A DNA stretch of 64,000 nt, taken from positions 5,430-69,429 of the forward strand of contig CAZMOM010000008.1 of NCBI GenBank assembly GCA_964568075.1, read 5' to 3'. Positions 43,666 through 52,574 of this stretch are shown here, in pieces; position 1 is the first letter of the stretch, and every line of letters begins with the position of its first letter. The DNA is from an uncultured Gammaproteobacteria bacterium. Its GTDB lineage: Bacteria; Pseudomonadota; Gammaproteobacteria; Steroidobacterales; MnTg04. Made by a program: the position numbers and the translations under genes. The notes beneath the pieces are model-generated. The model was given only the letters and a program-made list of their open reading frames with translations, was not told the DNA's origin and did no database searches.

Positions 43666-44700
43666 ATGTCTTTGCGTATCGCAGTCCTCAGCCCCATTTC
43701 ATGGCGAACCCCTCCTCGCCATTACGGACCATGGGAGTCCGTCGTGAGCCTGCTCACGGAAGAACTCGTACGAATGGGCCTGGATGTGACTCTTTTCGCC
43801 ACCGGGGATTCGAAAACCAGTGGCAAGCTGGTCGCTGTGTGTCCGCGCCCGTATTCGGAGGACCCCTCAGTGAATCCAAAGGTCGCCGAATGCCTGCACA
43901 TTTCGGAGGTTTTCGAGCGTGCTGCCGAATTCGATCTCATTCATAATCACTATGACTTTCTACCGCTCACATATTCCGCGCTCGTTGATACACCGGTGTT
44001 GACTACGATCCACGGTTTCTCATCGCCGTCCATCATCCCGGTCTACAGAAAATATCATGCTCGAAACCACTACGTAGCGATCAGCGAGGCAGATAAGTCC
44101 TCAGAACTCGACTACATAGCCACCATCCATCATGGTATTGATATTGCGCAATTTCCCTTTTATGAAGCTGCGGGAGAGTATCTGTTGTTTTTTGGTCGGA
44201 TCCATGCGGATAAGGGCGTGCACGAAGCGATTCAAGTGGCACAGCGCGTCGGAATAAAGTTGGTGATTGCCGGCATCATTCAGGATCAGGATTACTTCGC
44301 CACCCGAGTGGAGCCTCATATCGACGGAACAACTGTAGAGTATCTGGGTTCTGTGGGGCCTGACCGAAAAGCGGAAGTGCTGGGACGCGCACTGGCACTA
44401 TTGCATTTAATAAACTTCGAGGAGCCTTTCGGATTAAGCATGGTTGAATCACTGGCGTGCGGGACGCCTGTCATCGCGTTTACTCGTGGGTCAATTCCAG
44501 AGATTATCCGACACGGTGAAACCGGCTATATCGTCGAGGATATTGAACATGCGGTGAACGCGGTCGCTGCGATAAAATCGATCGACAGGTCCGCTTGTCG
44601 GGAGGACGTTGAGCAGCGCTTCTCACACACACGCATGGCACGCGACTACGTTGGCGTGTACCGAAAGATCATAAATCCAGGAGCAGGCGATGATCGATAA
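43666..44700 (+). CDS. GT4 glycosyltransferase
   Basis: MSLRIAVLSPISWRTPPRHYGPWE (GT4 N-terminus), FFGRIHADKGVHEAI, FEEPFGLSMVESLACGTPVIAF (E-x7-E motif). Confidence 0.85.
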   Translation: MSLRIAVLSPISWRTPPRHYGPWESVVSLLTEELVRMGLDVTLFATGDSKTSGKLVAVCPRPYSEDPSVNPKVAECLHISEVFERAAEFDLIHNHYDFLPLTYSALVDTPVLTTIHGFSSPSIIPVYRKYHARNHYVAISEADKSSELDYIATIHHGIDIAQFPFYEAAGEYLLFFGRIHADKGVHEAIQVAQRVGIKLVIAGIIQDQDYFATRVEPHIDGTTVEYLGSVGPDRKAEVLGRALALLHLINFEEPFGLSMVESLACGTPVIAFTRGSIPEIIRHGETGYIVEDIEHAVNAVAAIKSIDRSACREDVEQRFSHTRMARDYVGVYRKIINPGAGDDR

Positions 44701-45631
44701 GCAGTTAGTGACGCGGTATAAAGGCAATCCAATCCTCACCAAGCACGACATCCCCTACGCCGTGGAGACGGTTCACAATGCAGGTGCCTGCAAGTTTGCG
44801 GACAAATATGTCTTGCTATTTCGCTCCCACCTGCGCAACGGGCGATCGATAATCGGCATCGCATGGAGCGATGATGGTTACGAGTTTCGCGCAGAACCCG
44901 CGCCATTAATGGTGCCAAGCACCGAAGGCGTTTTTGCGGTGCACGAGGAGTACGGGATCGAAGACCCGCGAATTTGCTCCATTGCCGGTGAGCATTATAT
45001 TACTTACAGCGCTTATTCCAGGTTTGGCGTGCGCATCGGTTTGGCGAAGACACGGGACTTCAAGACAGTCGAGAGAGTGTCGCTGATTAGTCAGGCAGAC
45101 ATGCGCAATGTCGTAATTTTCCCGGACACGTTCAACGGTCGTTACGCGCGGCTGGATCGGCCCCACTCGGAAATCAACCCCTGGTGCATCTGGCTATCCT
45201 GGTCTCCGGATCTGATTCACTGGGGTGATTCGGTGCCGGTGATCCAGCCTGTCCCTTATCATTGGGACCAAATGAAGATGGGCCCAGGTGCGACGCCTAT
45301 CAAGACGCCGAACGGGTGGCTTAGTATTTACCATGGCGTGTTTCCAACGATGGATGGTGCCGTGTATCGCCTGGGTGTGGCACTTCATGATCTTGCCAAC
45401 CCCGCCAAAGTACTCGGTGTTGCTGACGATTGGATACTGTCACCGGAGGATCCGTGGGAGTTAACCGGTTACGTCCACAATGTAGTTTTTACCTGTGGTG
45501 CAATCGCCGAGGACGATGGTACCGTGAAAATTTACTGGGGCGGCGCAGACAGCGTCATGTGTATCGGCGTCGCGAAGATCGACGACCTGGTTGATCTTTG
45601 TCTGAAAAAGACCCGACCGCCCTTGTTATGA
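44690..45631 (+). CDS. GH130-family glycoside phosphorylase (beta-mannoside phosphorylase-like)
   Basis: NPILTKHDIPY, NAGACKF.DKYVLLFR, IEDPRI, GWLSIYHGV, YVHNVVFTCG. Its ATG overlaps the stop of the upstream GT4 gene (ATGATCGATAA). Confidence 0.85.
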   Translation: MIDKQLVTRYKGNPILTKHDIPYAVETVHNAGACKFADKYVLLFRSHLRNGRSIIGIAWSDDGYEFRAEPAPLMVPSTEGVFAVHEEYGIEDPRICSIAGEHYITYSAYSRFGVRIGLAKTRDFKTVERVSLISQADMRNVVIFPDTFNGRYARLDRPHSEINPWCIWLSWSPDLIHWGDSVPVIQPVPYHWDQMKMGPGATPIKTPNGWLSIYHGVFPTMDGAVYRLGVALHDLANPAKVLGVADDWILSPEDPWELTGYVHNVVFTCGAIAEDDGTVKIYWGGADSVMCIGVAKIDDLVDLCLKKTRPPLL

Positions 45632-45709
45632 CTGCGCTAGCCCTCAAATCAGTATTGTCAAGGTAACCCACTCGGCAACCGGAAATTGGCAATATCGGCT
45701 GTCTTGCAA

Positions 45710-45808
45710 GGTATCGATGCCGGTCATTAAGTTATTTGGTTTTTTTTACCAGGTATCTCACCGGAATTTCGATAACCTAATAACTACACGACCGGCACGA
45801 ATTTCGCG
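45710..45808 (+). repeat. Copy A of a palindromic intergenic repeat of about 95 bp
   Basis: GGTATCGATGCCGGTCATTAAGTTATTT...ATCTCACCGGAATTTCGATAACCTAATAACTACACGACCGGCACGAATTTCGCG aligns with copies at 49606 and 55735. Confidence 0.85.
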
Positions 45809-45887
45809 GCGGGCCCGCCAACGTCGTTGCCGATGCCCAGGCTCGAAATATTATTGCAGCGGCCGGTTAATCGGCGGTGGACCGCGA

Positions 45888-46478
45888 TTAACCCTTCAAT
45901 TTTCTCAATTCGTTTAGCAGAACCTTTGGATCCGGCCGGTCGATGACAAACCGCGAAAGTTTTGAAAACCGTATGATGCCTTCCGCGTCAACAACCAGTG
46001 CCATTGGCCAGACCGTATCCGCACCGTATTCCTTTCGGTGATCGCCGGGCACGCTGGCGGGCATAAGCAGGCCCAATTGCTTCGCTGCATTGAGCTGATC
46101 GTCCAGCCAGAATTCGAATTCGACTTCAAAAAACTCCGCAACACGACGAGTCATCTCGAGGGGTCTTGGTGTAACGAATATAAGTCTGGCACCGAGATCA
46201 ACGATATCTTTGTAATGCTTGGTCAGCTCTTCGACCTGCCTGGTACAAAACGGGCACCAGTTACCGCGAACGAAAAGCATCGCTGTCGGAGACCCAATCA
46301 ATTGTACAGACCGGACGGGGTTGCCTTGCTCGTCGACTGCGGCGAAGTCCGGCAGTGACTTTCCCGGCCGAAGTGCGTCAGGGATGCTCGGTCCGCTCTT
46401 CTTCTTGAGAAAAATCCAGACGCCGGCGATAAGCAGAATGACCGCTGCGCCAATAATCCAATAGAGATTGTCCGGCAT
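45888..46478 (-). CDS. Membrane-anchored AhpC/TSA (peroxiredoxin / thiol-disulfide oxidoreductase) family protein
   Basis: One N-terminal TM helix, then LPDFAAVDEQGNPV..LFVRGNWCPFCTRQVEEL (CxxC-type redoxin). ATG 46478 is preceded by GGGGAG. Confidence 0.8.
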   Translation of the reverse strand: MPDNLYWIIGAAVILLIAGVWIFLKKKSGPSIPDALRPGKSLPDFAAVDEQGNPVRSVQLIGSPTAMLFVRGNWCPFCTRQVEELTKHYKDIVDLGARLIFVTPRPLEMTRRVAEFFEVEFEFWLDDQLNAAKQLGLLMPASVPGDHRKEYGADTVWPMALVVDAEGIIRFSKLSRFVIDRPDPKVLLNELRKLKG

Positions 46479-47073
46479 GTCTATCTCCCCAGAGCGTGAG
46501 CCCGTCCCTGAGACATTGTCCGTTGATGTCCCGGCATTGGCCGAGTATGACGCGAGCGCGACTGCAGACACAAGCGGGACGGTGTGTACTCTTTAATTTG
46601 TCGAAAGTACCGGTACCAAAAGAACCCGGCCTGCTCGGCCGGTCCTCAGTCTGCATAGCCGACTCTTCAATTTTCGCTGTCCAGCGCCATGTGTACATGG
46701 ACTGTAGACCCTGTGTAAGGCCCGTGTAAGCCCTGCCTGGCTATGTTGGACCCACGATCACCAACCGGAGACCAGCCGTGATGTACGAACAGCCACAATA
46801 CGAGATTGAGAACAGCGTTATCGTCCTGGGAATTGCCTACGCAACGATTTTGATCAGCCTGATTGTCTGGATTGCCTGATCGACCGGTCGGATCCGAGCC
46901 TACAACGGCGGCACACCGACAAGACAATCGTTCACATCCGGAAACGCAATACCGGGCAACGTAAACCAGTGATGGAGACCTCCGGGAGCTGGCGAATCGA
47001 GACAATGGGCGCTCGCGTCCCGAAAACAGGAGGTATACTTGCCACTCTCCACTGAAGAATAAAGGCACCCGCA

Positions 47074-47889
47074 ATGAATGACGCGGCCGACTTCCTGATT
47101 GAGATTCACGACCTCCACTACTCGCGAGGGTCGCTGCAAATATTCACAGGCCTGAATCTCAGCATTCGGCGGTGTCAGATTACCGCCATCATGGGACCAA
47201 GCGGCACAGGCAAAACAACGCTGCTGCGGCTCATTACCCGGCAGCTGAGACCAGATCGCGGAACGATTCTGATCGACGGAATCGACATTGCCACCCTCAA
47301 TCAAAAGGAGTTGTACCGTCTGCGACGGCGTTTCGGAATGCTATTTCAAAATGGCGCGCTGCTGACTGACCTGAGTGTGTTCGAAAACGTCGCATTTCCA
47401 TTGCGCGAACACACCAGCTTGCCAAATCGTCTGATACGTCACGTCGTCCTGACCAAACTTCATGCGGTCGGACTGCGTGGTGCGGCCGACATGATGCCGG
47501 CCCAATTATCGGGTGGCATGGCTCGAAGGGTTGCACTGGCCAGGGCAATGGTGATGGATCCGGACATACTGATTTACGACGAGCCATTCGTTGGGCTTGA
47601 CCCGATTTCGATGGGTGTAATCGTGCGTCTTGTCCGCAAGATGAATGATGCACTTGGGGTCTCCAGCATTCTGGTCAGCCACGATGTGCAAGAGATCGCA
47701 GCGGTGGCGGACTGCAGTTATCTATTATCGGATGGCACCGTGGCTGCGTCGGGCAGTCCAGACGAACTCAGCAATGCCCCGTCTGAACTGGTCAGGCAAT
47801 TCATGCACGGCATGGCAGACGGGCCGGTTGCGTTTCATTTCGATGCCCCGGACTATGCAGAACAACTTCTCGGCCGGGATGCCGAGTAA
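47074..47889 (+). CDS. mlaF: Phospholipid ABC transporter ATP-binding protein MlaF
   Basis: Walker A GPSGTGKTT, signature LSGGMARRVALARA, Walker B ILIYDEPF; followed by mlaE and mlaD. Confidence 0.9.
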   Translation: MNDAADFLIEIHDLHYSRGSLQIFTGLNLSIRRCQITAIMGPSGTGKTTLLRLITRQLRPDRGTILIDGIDIATLNQKELYRLRRRFGMLFQNGALLTDLSVFENVAFPLREHTSLPNRLIRHVVLTKLHAVGLRGAADMMPAQLSGGMARRVALARAMVMDPDILIYDEPFVGLDPISMGVIVRLVRKMNDALGVSSILVSHDVQEIAAVADCSYLLSDGTVAASGSPDELSNAPSELVRQFMHGMADGPVAFHFDAPDYAEQLLGRDAE

Positions 47890-47895
47890 CTGGTA

Positions 47896-48660
47896 ATGCT
47901 CCGAGATCTTTACCGTTCATTTGTCGAATTCCTGCGCACCTTTGGCGCGTTGCAGTTATTTTTTATGCGGTTGCTCACGCATTCGCCGACAATTTTGGTA
48001 CGCCGGTTCGGCCTGGTGGTACAGCAGGTCTACAACGCCGGCGCTTTGTCGCTCGTGATCATCATGATCTGCGGCTTTTTTGTTGGTGGCGTACTCGGTC
48101 TACAAGGCTATGCAAATCTCTCGAAGTTCAATGCCGAGGATTCGGTCGGCACTTTCGTGGCATTTGCGCTGCTGAAGGAACTGGGTCCTGTCATCACGGC
48201 ACTGTTGTTCGCCGGCCGTGCCGGTACTGCACTGGCGTCCGAAATCGGCCTGATGAAGGCAACGGAACAGCTTTCCGCCATGGAAATGATGGCGGTCGAT
48301 CCTCTGCGGAGGATATTGGTACCGCGCTTCCTCGGCGGCGTGATATCGATGCCGATGCTGACTGCTATCTTCAGTGTCATTGGTTTATTTGGTGCTCACC
48401 TGGTCGCGGTCGATATGCTAGGCGTGGACGCCGGAGCGTTCTGGCAACAGATGCGGAGTACGCTGGAGATCGGCGATGTTTGGGAAGGCATCATCAAGAG
48501 CGTAGTTTTCGGCATCGTCGCGAGTCTGCTCGCGGTGTGGGAAGGTTATAATGCGATTCCGACCGCCGAAGGGGTCGGCCGGGCAACAACGAGAACGGTG
48601 GTAATCACAGCAATCGCGGTCTTGATCCTGGATTTCATGATCACTGCGATCGCAATTTGA
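47896..48660 (+). CDS. mlaE: Phospholipid ABC transporter permease MlaE
   Basis: 254 aa, about 5 TM helices, with the MlaE-typical LKELGPVITALLFAGRAGTALASEIGLMK. Confidence 0.9.
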   Translation: MLRDLYRSFVEFLRTFGALQLFFMRLLTHSPTILVRRFGLVVQQVYNAGALSLVIIMICGFFVGGVLGLQGYANLSKFNAEDSVGTFVAFALLKELGPVITALLFAGRAGTALASEIGLMKATEQLSAMEMMAVDPLRRILVPRFLGGVISMPMLTAIFSVIGLFGAHLVAVDMLGVDAGAFWQQMRSTLEIGDVWEGIIKSVVFGIVASLLAVWEGYNAIPTAEGVGRATTRTVVITAIAVLILDFMITAIAI

Positions 48661-48669
48661 GGTAGAACG

Positions 48670-49143
48670 ATGCAACAAACTCGATCAATCGAAATGGGAA
48701 CCGGGCTGTTCGTTCTGCTCGGAATGGCAGCATTATTCTTTCTGACTACGCAGACAACCGGGTCGGGCGACTTTTCCGGATCCGATACGTACGAAGTCAC
48801 CGCGCGGTTCGATAATGTCGGGAGTCTGAAAAACCGGGCTCCGGTAAGGATGTCCGGAGTCACGATCGGCCGCGTAACATCGGTGCGTTTTGACCCGGTG
48901 ACACTGGTTGCGGAAGTGAAACTCGAAATCGAGAGTCAATACGATCGGATACCGAAGGATTCGGATGCCGGTATCCTTACCGCAGGCTTGCTTGGCAGCC
49001 AGTACATTGGGCTGCAGGCGGGCGGATCGGACCTGAGCCTGCAAGACGGCAGCGAGATCGAGTTTACCCAATCCGCGATCATCATCGAAAATCTGATCAG
49101 CAAGTATTTGTTCAATAAAGGCTCCGATAGCGACAAAAAATAG
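48670..49143 (+). CDS. mlaD: MCE-domain periplasmic component MlaD
   Basis: N-terminal anchor, then the MCE domain (YEVTARFDNVGSLKNRAPVRMSGVTIGRV). Confidence 0.88.
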   Translation: MQQTRSIEMGTGLFVLLGMAALFFLTTQTTGSGDFSGSDTYEVTARFDNVGSLKNRAPVRMSGVTIGRVTSVRFDPVTLVAEVKLEIESQYDRIPKDSDAGILTAGLLGSQYIGLQAGGSDLSLQDGSEIEFTQSAIIIENLISKYLFNKGSDSDKK

Positions 49144-49224
49144 ACTGGGCAATGGAAAGAACGGAATTGACTATGAGGAATCGGCGCAGCAATTGGCGGC
49201 GGATGCCGGCAGCGGTCAGCTTCG

Positions 49225-49560
49225 ATGAGTAAATTTAGACTCGAAGACCAGGGTGGCGGCCGTTTCCTGTTAAGCGGCAAAATGACCTTTCGCTACGTCG
49301 GCCCGATACTTCGCGTGAGTATGGAATCGTTTCATGAGCACCCTCGTATCGAGGTTGATCTGTCCGGAGTTACCGAGACTGATTCGGCGGGCCTGGCACT
49401 GTTGCTCGAGTGGATTACCTGGGCCAACCACAATGTGCACGAGATTCAATTTCTACATACACCGGAAAAGATTGACGCGATCGCGAAAACGACAGAGGTT
49501 GACCACCTGCTGAAACGCGGTGAACGTTGGGCTGGTTTTATAAAGGCCCCGACCTCGTAA
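49225..49560 (+). CDS. mlaB: STAS-domain protein (MlaB-like)
   Basis: 111 aa with a STAS pattern (VDLSGVTETDSAGLALLLEW). Sits at the end of the mla operon. Confidence 0.7.
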   Translation: MSKFRLEDQGGGRFLLSGKMTFRYVGPILRVSMESFHEHPRIEVDLSGVTETDSAGLALLLEWITWANHNVHEIQFLHTPEKIDAIAKTTEVDHLLKRGERWAGFIKAPTS

Positions 49561-49605
49561 ATCACTCAATAGATTTATTGCCGAGGCAGCAGACCTCGTA
49601 GCGGA

Positions 49606-49700
49606 GGATTCGGTGCCAGTCATTAAGTTATTTAGTTGTTTGTACTACGCATCTCACCGGAATTTCGATAACTTAATAGCTAAACGACCGGTTCTAAATT
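49606..49700 (+). repeat. Copy B (most diverged) of the palindromic intergenic repeat of about 95 bp
   Basis: GGATTCGGTGCCAGTCATTAAGTTATTTAGTTG...ATCTCACCGGAATTTCGATAACTTAATAGCTAAACGACCGGTTCTAAATTC. Confidence 0.85.
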
Positions 49701-49789
49701 CATTTAGACTGCCGGAAAATTACCTGGATCATGCGGTGCTGACGCATTTGAAATCGGTCGCGGTACGAAACGCTCTGGCGTAGTCAGCT

Positions 49790-50629
49790 CTACTCGTTAA
49801 ACCGGGTCAAGGATCTGAGATCTTGCAGTACTTCCGATTCATCGCTCTCTTTTTTGAGGACCCAGAATATGTGCTTGCAGAAAATGACGGTGGGCAACAA
49901 GTTGAGCTTCGCTCTATCCCACAGAATTGCATATCTTCGACTCTTTTCGACATGCGTATTTTTCTTTCTATATAAACCGTATGCGACCAAGGACCCAACC
50001 GCAAACAAAGGATAAAACAAGATTCCGAGAATCACCGACGCACCGGTAATTTTGGTGCGCACACGCTCTGAAATCTTAAATCCTGATAGCGTACAAATGG
50101 TCTGAAGATGCTGTACGCTAACCAGAAACAGGTGGCCAAAATACAAGCGGCTGGAGTTCGCTTCCGAGAACCAAACGCTGTCTATTTCCGTTGGTGGCGT
50201 CCTGCGCCAAAGTTCGCTCTCCATTAAAAACATCGACAACCTACCCCGGGCGTGGGAAATATTTGGCGTTGTGATGATCAAGGTTCCGCCCTTCTTGAGA
50301 ACTCGATTGAATTCCTTAAACAGGCTAATCTTGTCTGGCATATGCTCTATGCCTTCCTGGCAGATCAGGTAGTCGACACTCGAGTCCTCAACCGGCATAC
50401 GGCCGGTGAGATCCGCATACTCGGCCTTGACTTCATCGAATTTCATGAACTCGGGATAAAGGTCGAACGCTTTGACCGTGGCGCCCTTGCAGGCGAACGT
50501 ATAACTGGATCGACCGTCACCACAGGGAATATCGATAACGACCTTGCCGGTCAGATCGGGTAGACCATCGATATACCGCGAGACGTAATTGTGAACGCCG
50601 GGATTTGGAAATTTGTATTCTTTTTCCAC
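49790..50629 (-). CDS. Class I SAM-dependent methyltransferase with C-terminal membrane segments
   Basis: VIDIPCGDGRSS (motif I), VDYLICQEGIEHM, LKKGGTLIITTPN, and two hydrophobic helices near the C-terminus. Looks more AT-rich than its neighbours by eye. Confidence 0.75.
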   Translation of the reverse strand: MEKEYKFPNPGVHNYVSRYIDGLPDLTGKVVIDIPCGDGRSSYTFACKGATVKAFDLYPEFMKFDEVKAEYADLTGRMPVEDSSVDYLICQEGIEHMPDKISLFKEFNRVLKKGGTLIITTPNISHARGRLSMFLMESELWRRTPPTEIDSVWFSEANSSRLYFGHLFLVSVQHLQTICTLSGFKISERVRTKITGASVILGILFYPLFAVGSLVAYGLYRKKNTHVEKSRRYAILWDRAKLNLLPTVIFCKHIFWVLKKESDESEVLQDLRSLTRFNE

Positions 50630-50908
50630 AGGTTTCAGTTTGTCCGTGATCGAGTCGTTCGGTCAGAAAGTATAGTCAAAACGCCACAGAAATTGGAGAA
50701 TTTGGTGGACGAATAAGATGGCGAAACCAAGCACAATCTTACCATTGTAATCACCGTCCCCACCACCATTAGAATCGAACGATTAATGTTGACCGCTGTC
50801 TTCTGAATCACCAGTCGCTGTATAGCGATGTTGATCCGCATGGACGGGCAGCGAAAATGGTTGGGTTAGAAAAAATGGGACTGTCAGTTTTTACCAGGAA
50901 ACCGCCTC

Positions 50909-52315
50909 ATGCGCACTAGAAAATTGTCGGTCGCTTTTATTGCACGACTATGTGTTTTCGTTACGCTGGGCTTGACCAGCATGAACAGTTCCAGTCTTGC
51001 GACGAACGTCGCAACGTACAAAATACAGGTTAGCCGAAATCTGAAAACTCTCGATATCTACGTAACTCCGTCTCCAGACCAGGTATTGACACGACTGCGC
51101 CCCCTCTCGCGTAACGCCTGGAATCGTCTCGACAAAAACAGTTTGCAAGGTCTGACTATCCGAAGAGCGGGACTAACTGTATCGCCGACCGCGGATCACT
51201 ATCGTTACTCGGTTGATATAGGCAGCGGCTCGCGGAGGTGGAGTTCAGGCAACTTCTTGACGGGAATCATCCGCCTGACAGATTCCAGAGACTGGTTTTG
51301 GGTACCTGACCAGTGGCAGGCGAACGACACCATACGGGTAGAGTTCGAGATTCCCGAGGGCCTATCGGTCTCGACACCGTGGGAGCGAATTTCGGATAGA
51401 GCTGATGAACAAGATTTGTCTGAACATTTCCTTGCCCGACCGGTGATGCTGTTCAACAAGAGCACCGTTTTATTCGGTCGACTTCAGTTGGCACAGGTTA
51501 AATTACCGGGTGGCACATTGAATCTTGCGGTCGCCACGAAAAAGAGGAGAACCAAGGATCGATATGTCGCCTGGACGAGGCGCATCACCAAGAGTGTCGT
51601 TGACGAATTTGGCCGAATGCCAGTGCCATCCACCCAGGTCGTTGTCATTCCCACGTGGATTGGCAGCGGATCGGTGCCCTGGGGCTCGGTGCAGCGTGGC
51701 AACGGATCAGGATTGTTCCTGGTTCCAAACAATGGAGCGACAATGGCCGAATTGGTAGAGGACTGGACCCTGTACCACGAATTCACGCATCTGTTCCATC
51801 CCTATCTTGGCAACAGAGGGCGCTGGGTCGCGGAAGGTTTCGCGAGCTATTATCAAAACGTATTGAGGGCGAAGGCGGGCGTAATAACGGCAGAATATGC
51901 GTGGGAACGTATGCTGGCCGGTTTCGCCCGTGGCGAGCAACAAACTCGTAGGGGAAGATCGGTAGTCAATGGCGGTTTGATGCGAACCTATTGGACTGGT
52001 GCGGTCATGGCATTGGAACTTGACATACGATTGCGGCAAGAGCATCGGACGACACTAGGCAATGTCCTCGGTAAATTTTCAGGTTGCTGTCTGCCGGCAT
52101 CACGTTCCTGGCGGCCGCTCAGATTCATGCAGAAACTCGATGAGATTACTGATACCAAGTTGTTCACCGATATCTACAGGGAATATTCGTCTGGCATGGA
52201 GTTCCCGGACTACGACGATTTATTGCACGCGTTGGACATCGACAATTCTGCCGACACGCTGGCATTCGGCAAATCAGCCTTGCGTGACTCGATTATGAAT
52301 GATTCCAGATCGTAG
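50909..52315 (+). CDS. Secreted MA-clan (gluzincin-like) zinc metallopeptidase
   Basis: Signal peptide, then LYHEFTHLFHPYLGNRGRWVAEGFASYY (HExxH plus a downstream Glu in the M1/M61-like arrangement). Confidence 0.6.
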   Translation: MRTRKLSVAFIARLCVFVTLGLTSMNSSSLATNVATYKIQVSRNLKTLDIYVTPSPDQVLTRLRPLSRNAWNRLDKNSLQGLTIRRAGLTVSPTADHYRYSVDIGSGSRRWSSGNFLTGIIRLTDSRDWFWVPDQWQANDTIRVEFEIPEGLSVSTPWERISDRADEQDLSEHFLARPVMLFNKSTVLFGRLQLAQVKLPGGTLNLAVATKKRRTKDRYVAWTRRITKSVVDEFGRMPVPSTQVVVIPTWIGSGSVPWGSVQRGNGSGLFLVPNNGATMAELVEDWTLYHEFTHLFHPYLGNRGRWVAEGFASYYQNVLRAKAGVITAEYAWERMLAGFARGEQQTRRGRSVVNGGLMRTYWTGAVMALELDIRLRQEHRTTLGNVLGKFSGCCLPASRSWRPLRFMQKLDEITDTKLFTDIYREYSSGMEFPDYDDLLHALDIDNSADTLAFGKSALRDSIMNDSRS

Positions 52316-52574
52316 GCGTACTTTGCGCAGCCTGTCGCAGGGTATATCCATGTCAAGCACCAGGTCTCAGCACCCTTAGCTCTTAACGTCACAGACGTCA
52401 GCATTATCACAGGCCCTGAGAAAATTTGATTTTCCTATCCGGTGGCTCACAATTGCGAAGGGGTAGCGCCTGAATCCGACGAGGCCGGCCACTGGTGCAG
52501 GCTGTCTTTATTGCCCGCGATATGGAAATGGCTACGCTTGACGCCAGGCACGAGCAGATAGGTAGGGACATATC

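Noticed and set aside
45717-45917. 66-aa ORF (MPVIKLFGFFYQVSHRNFDNLITT...).
   Set aside because: It is generated by copy A of the intergenic repeat. The equivalent frames in copies B and C contain stop codons.
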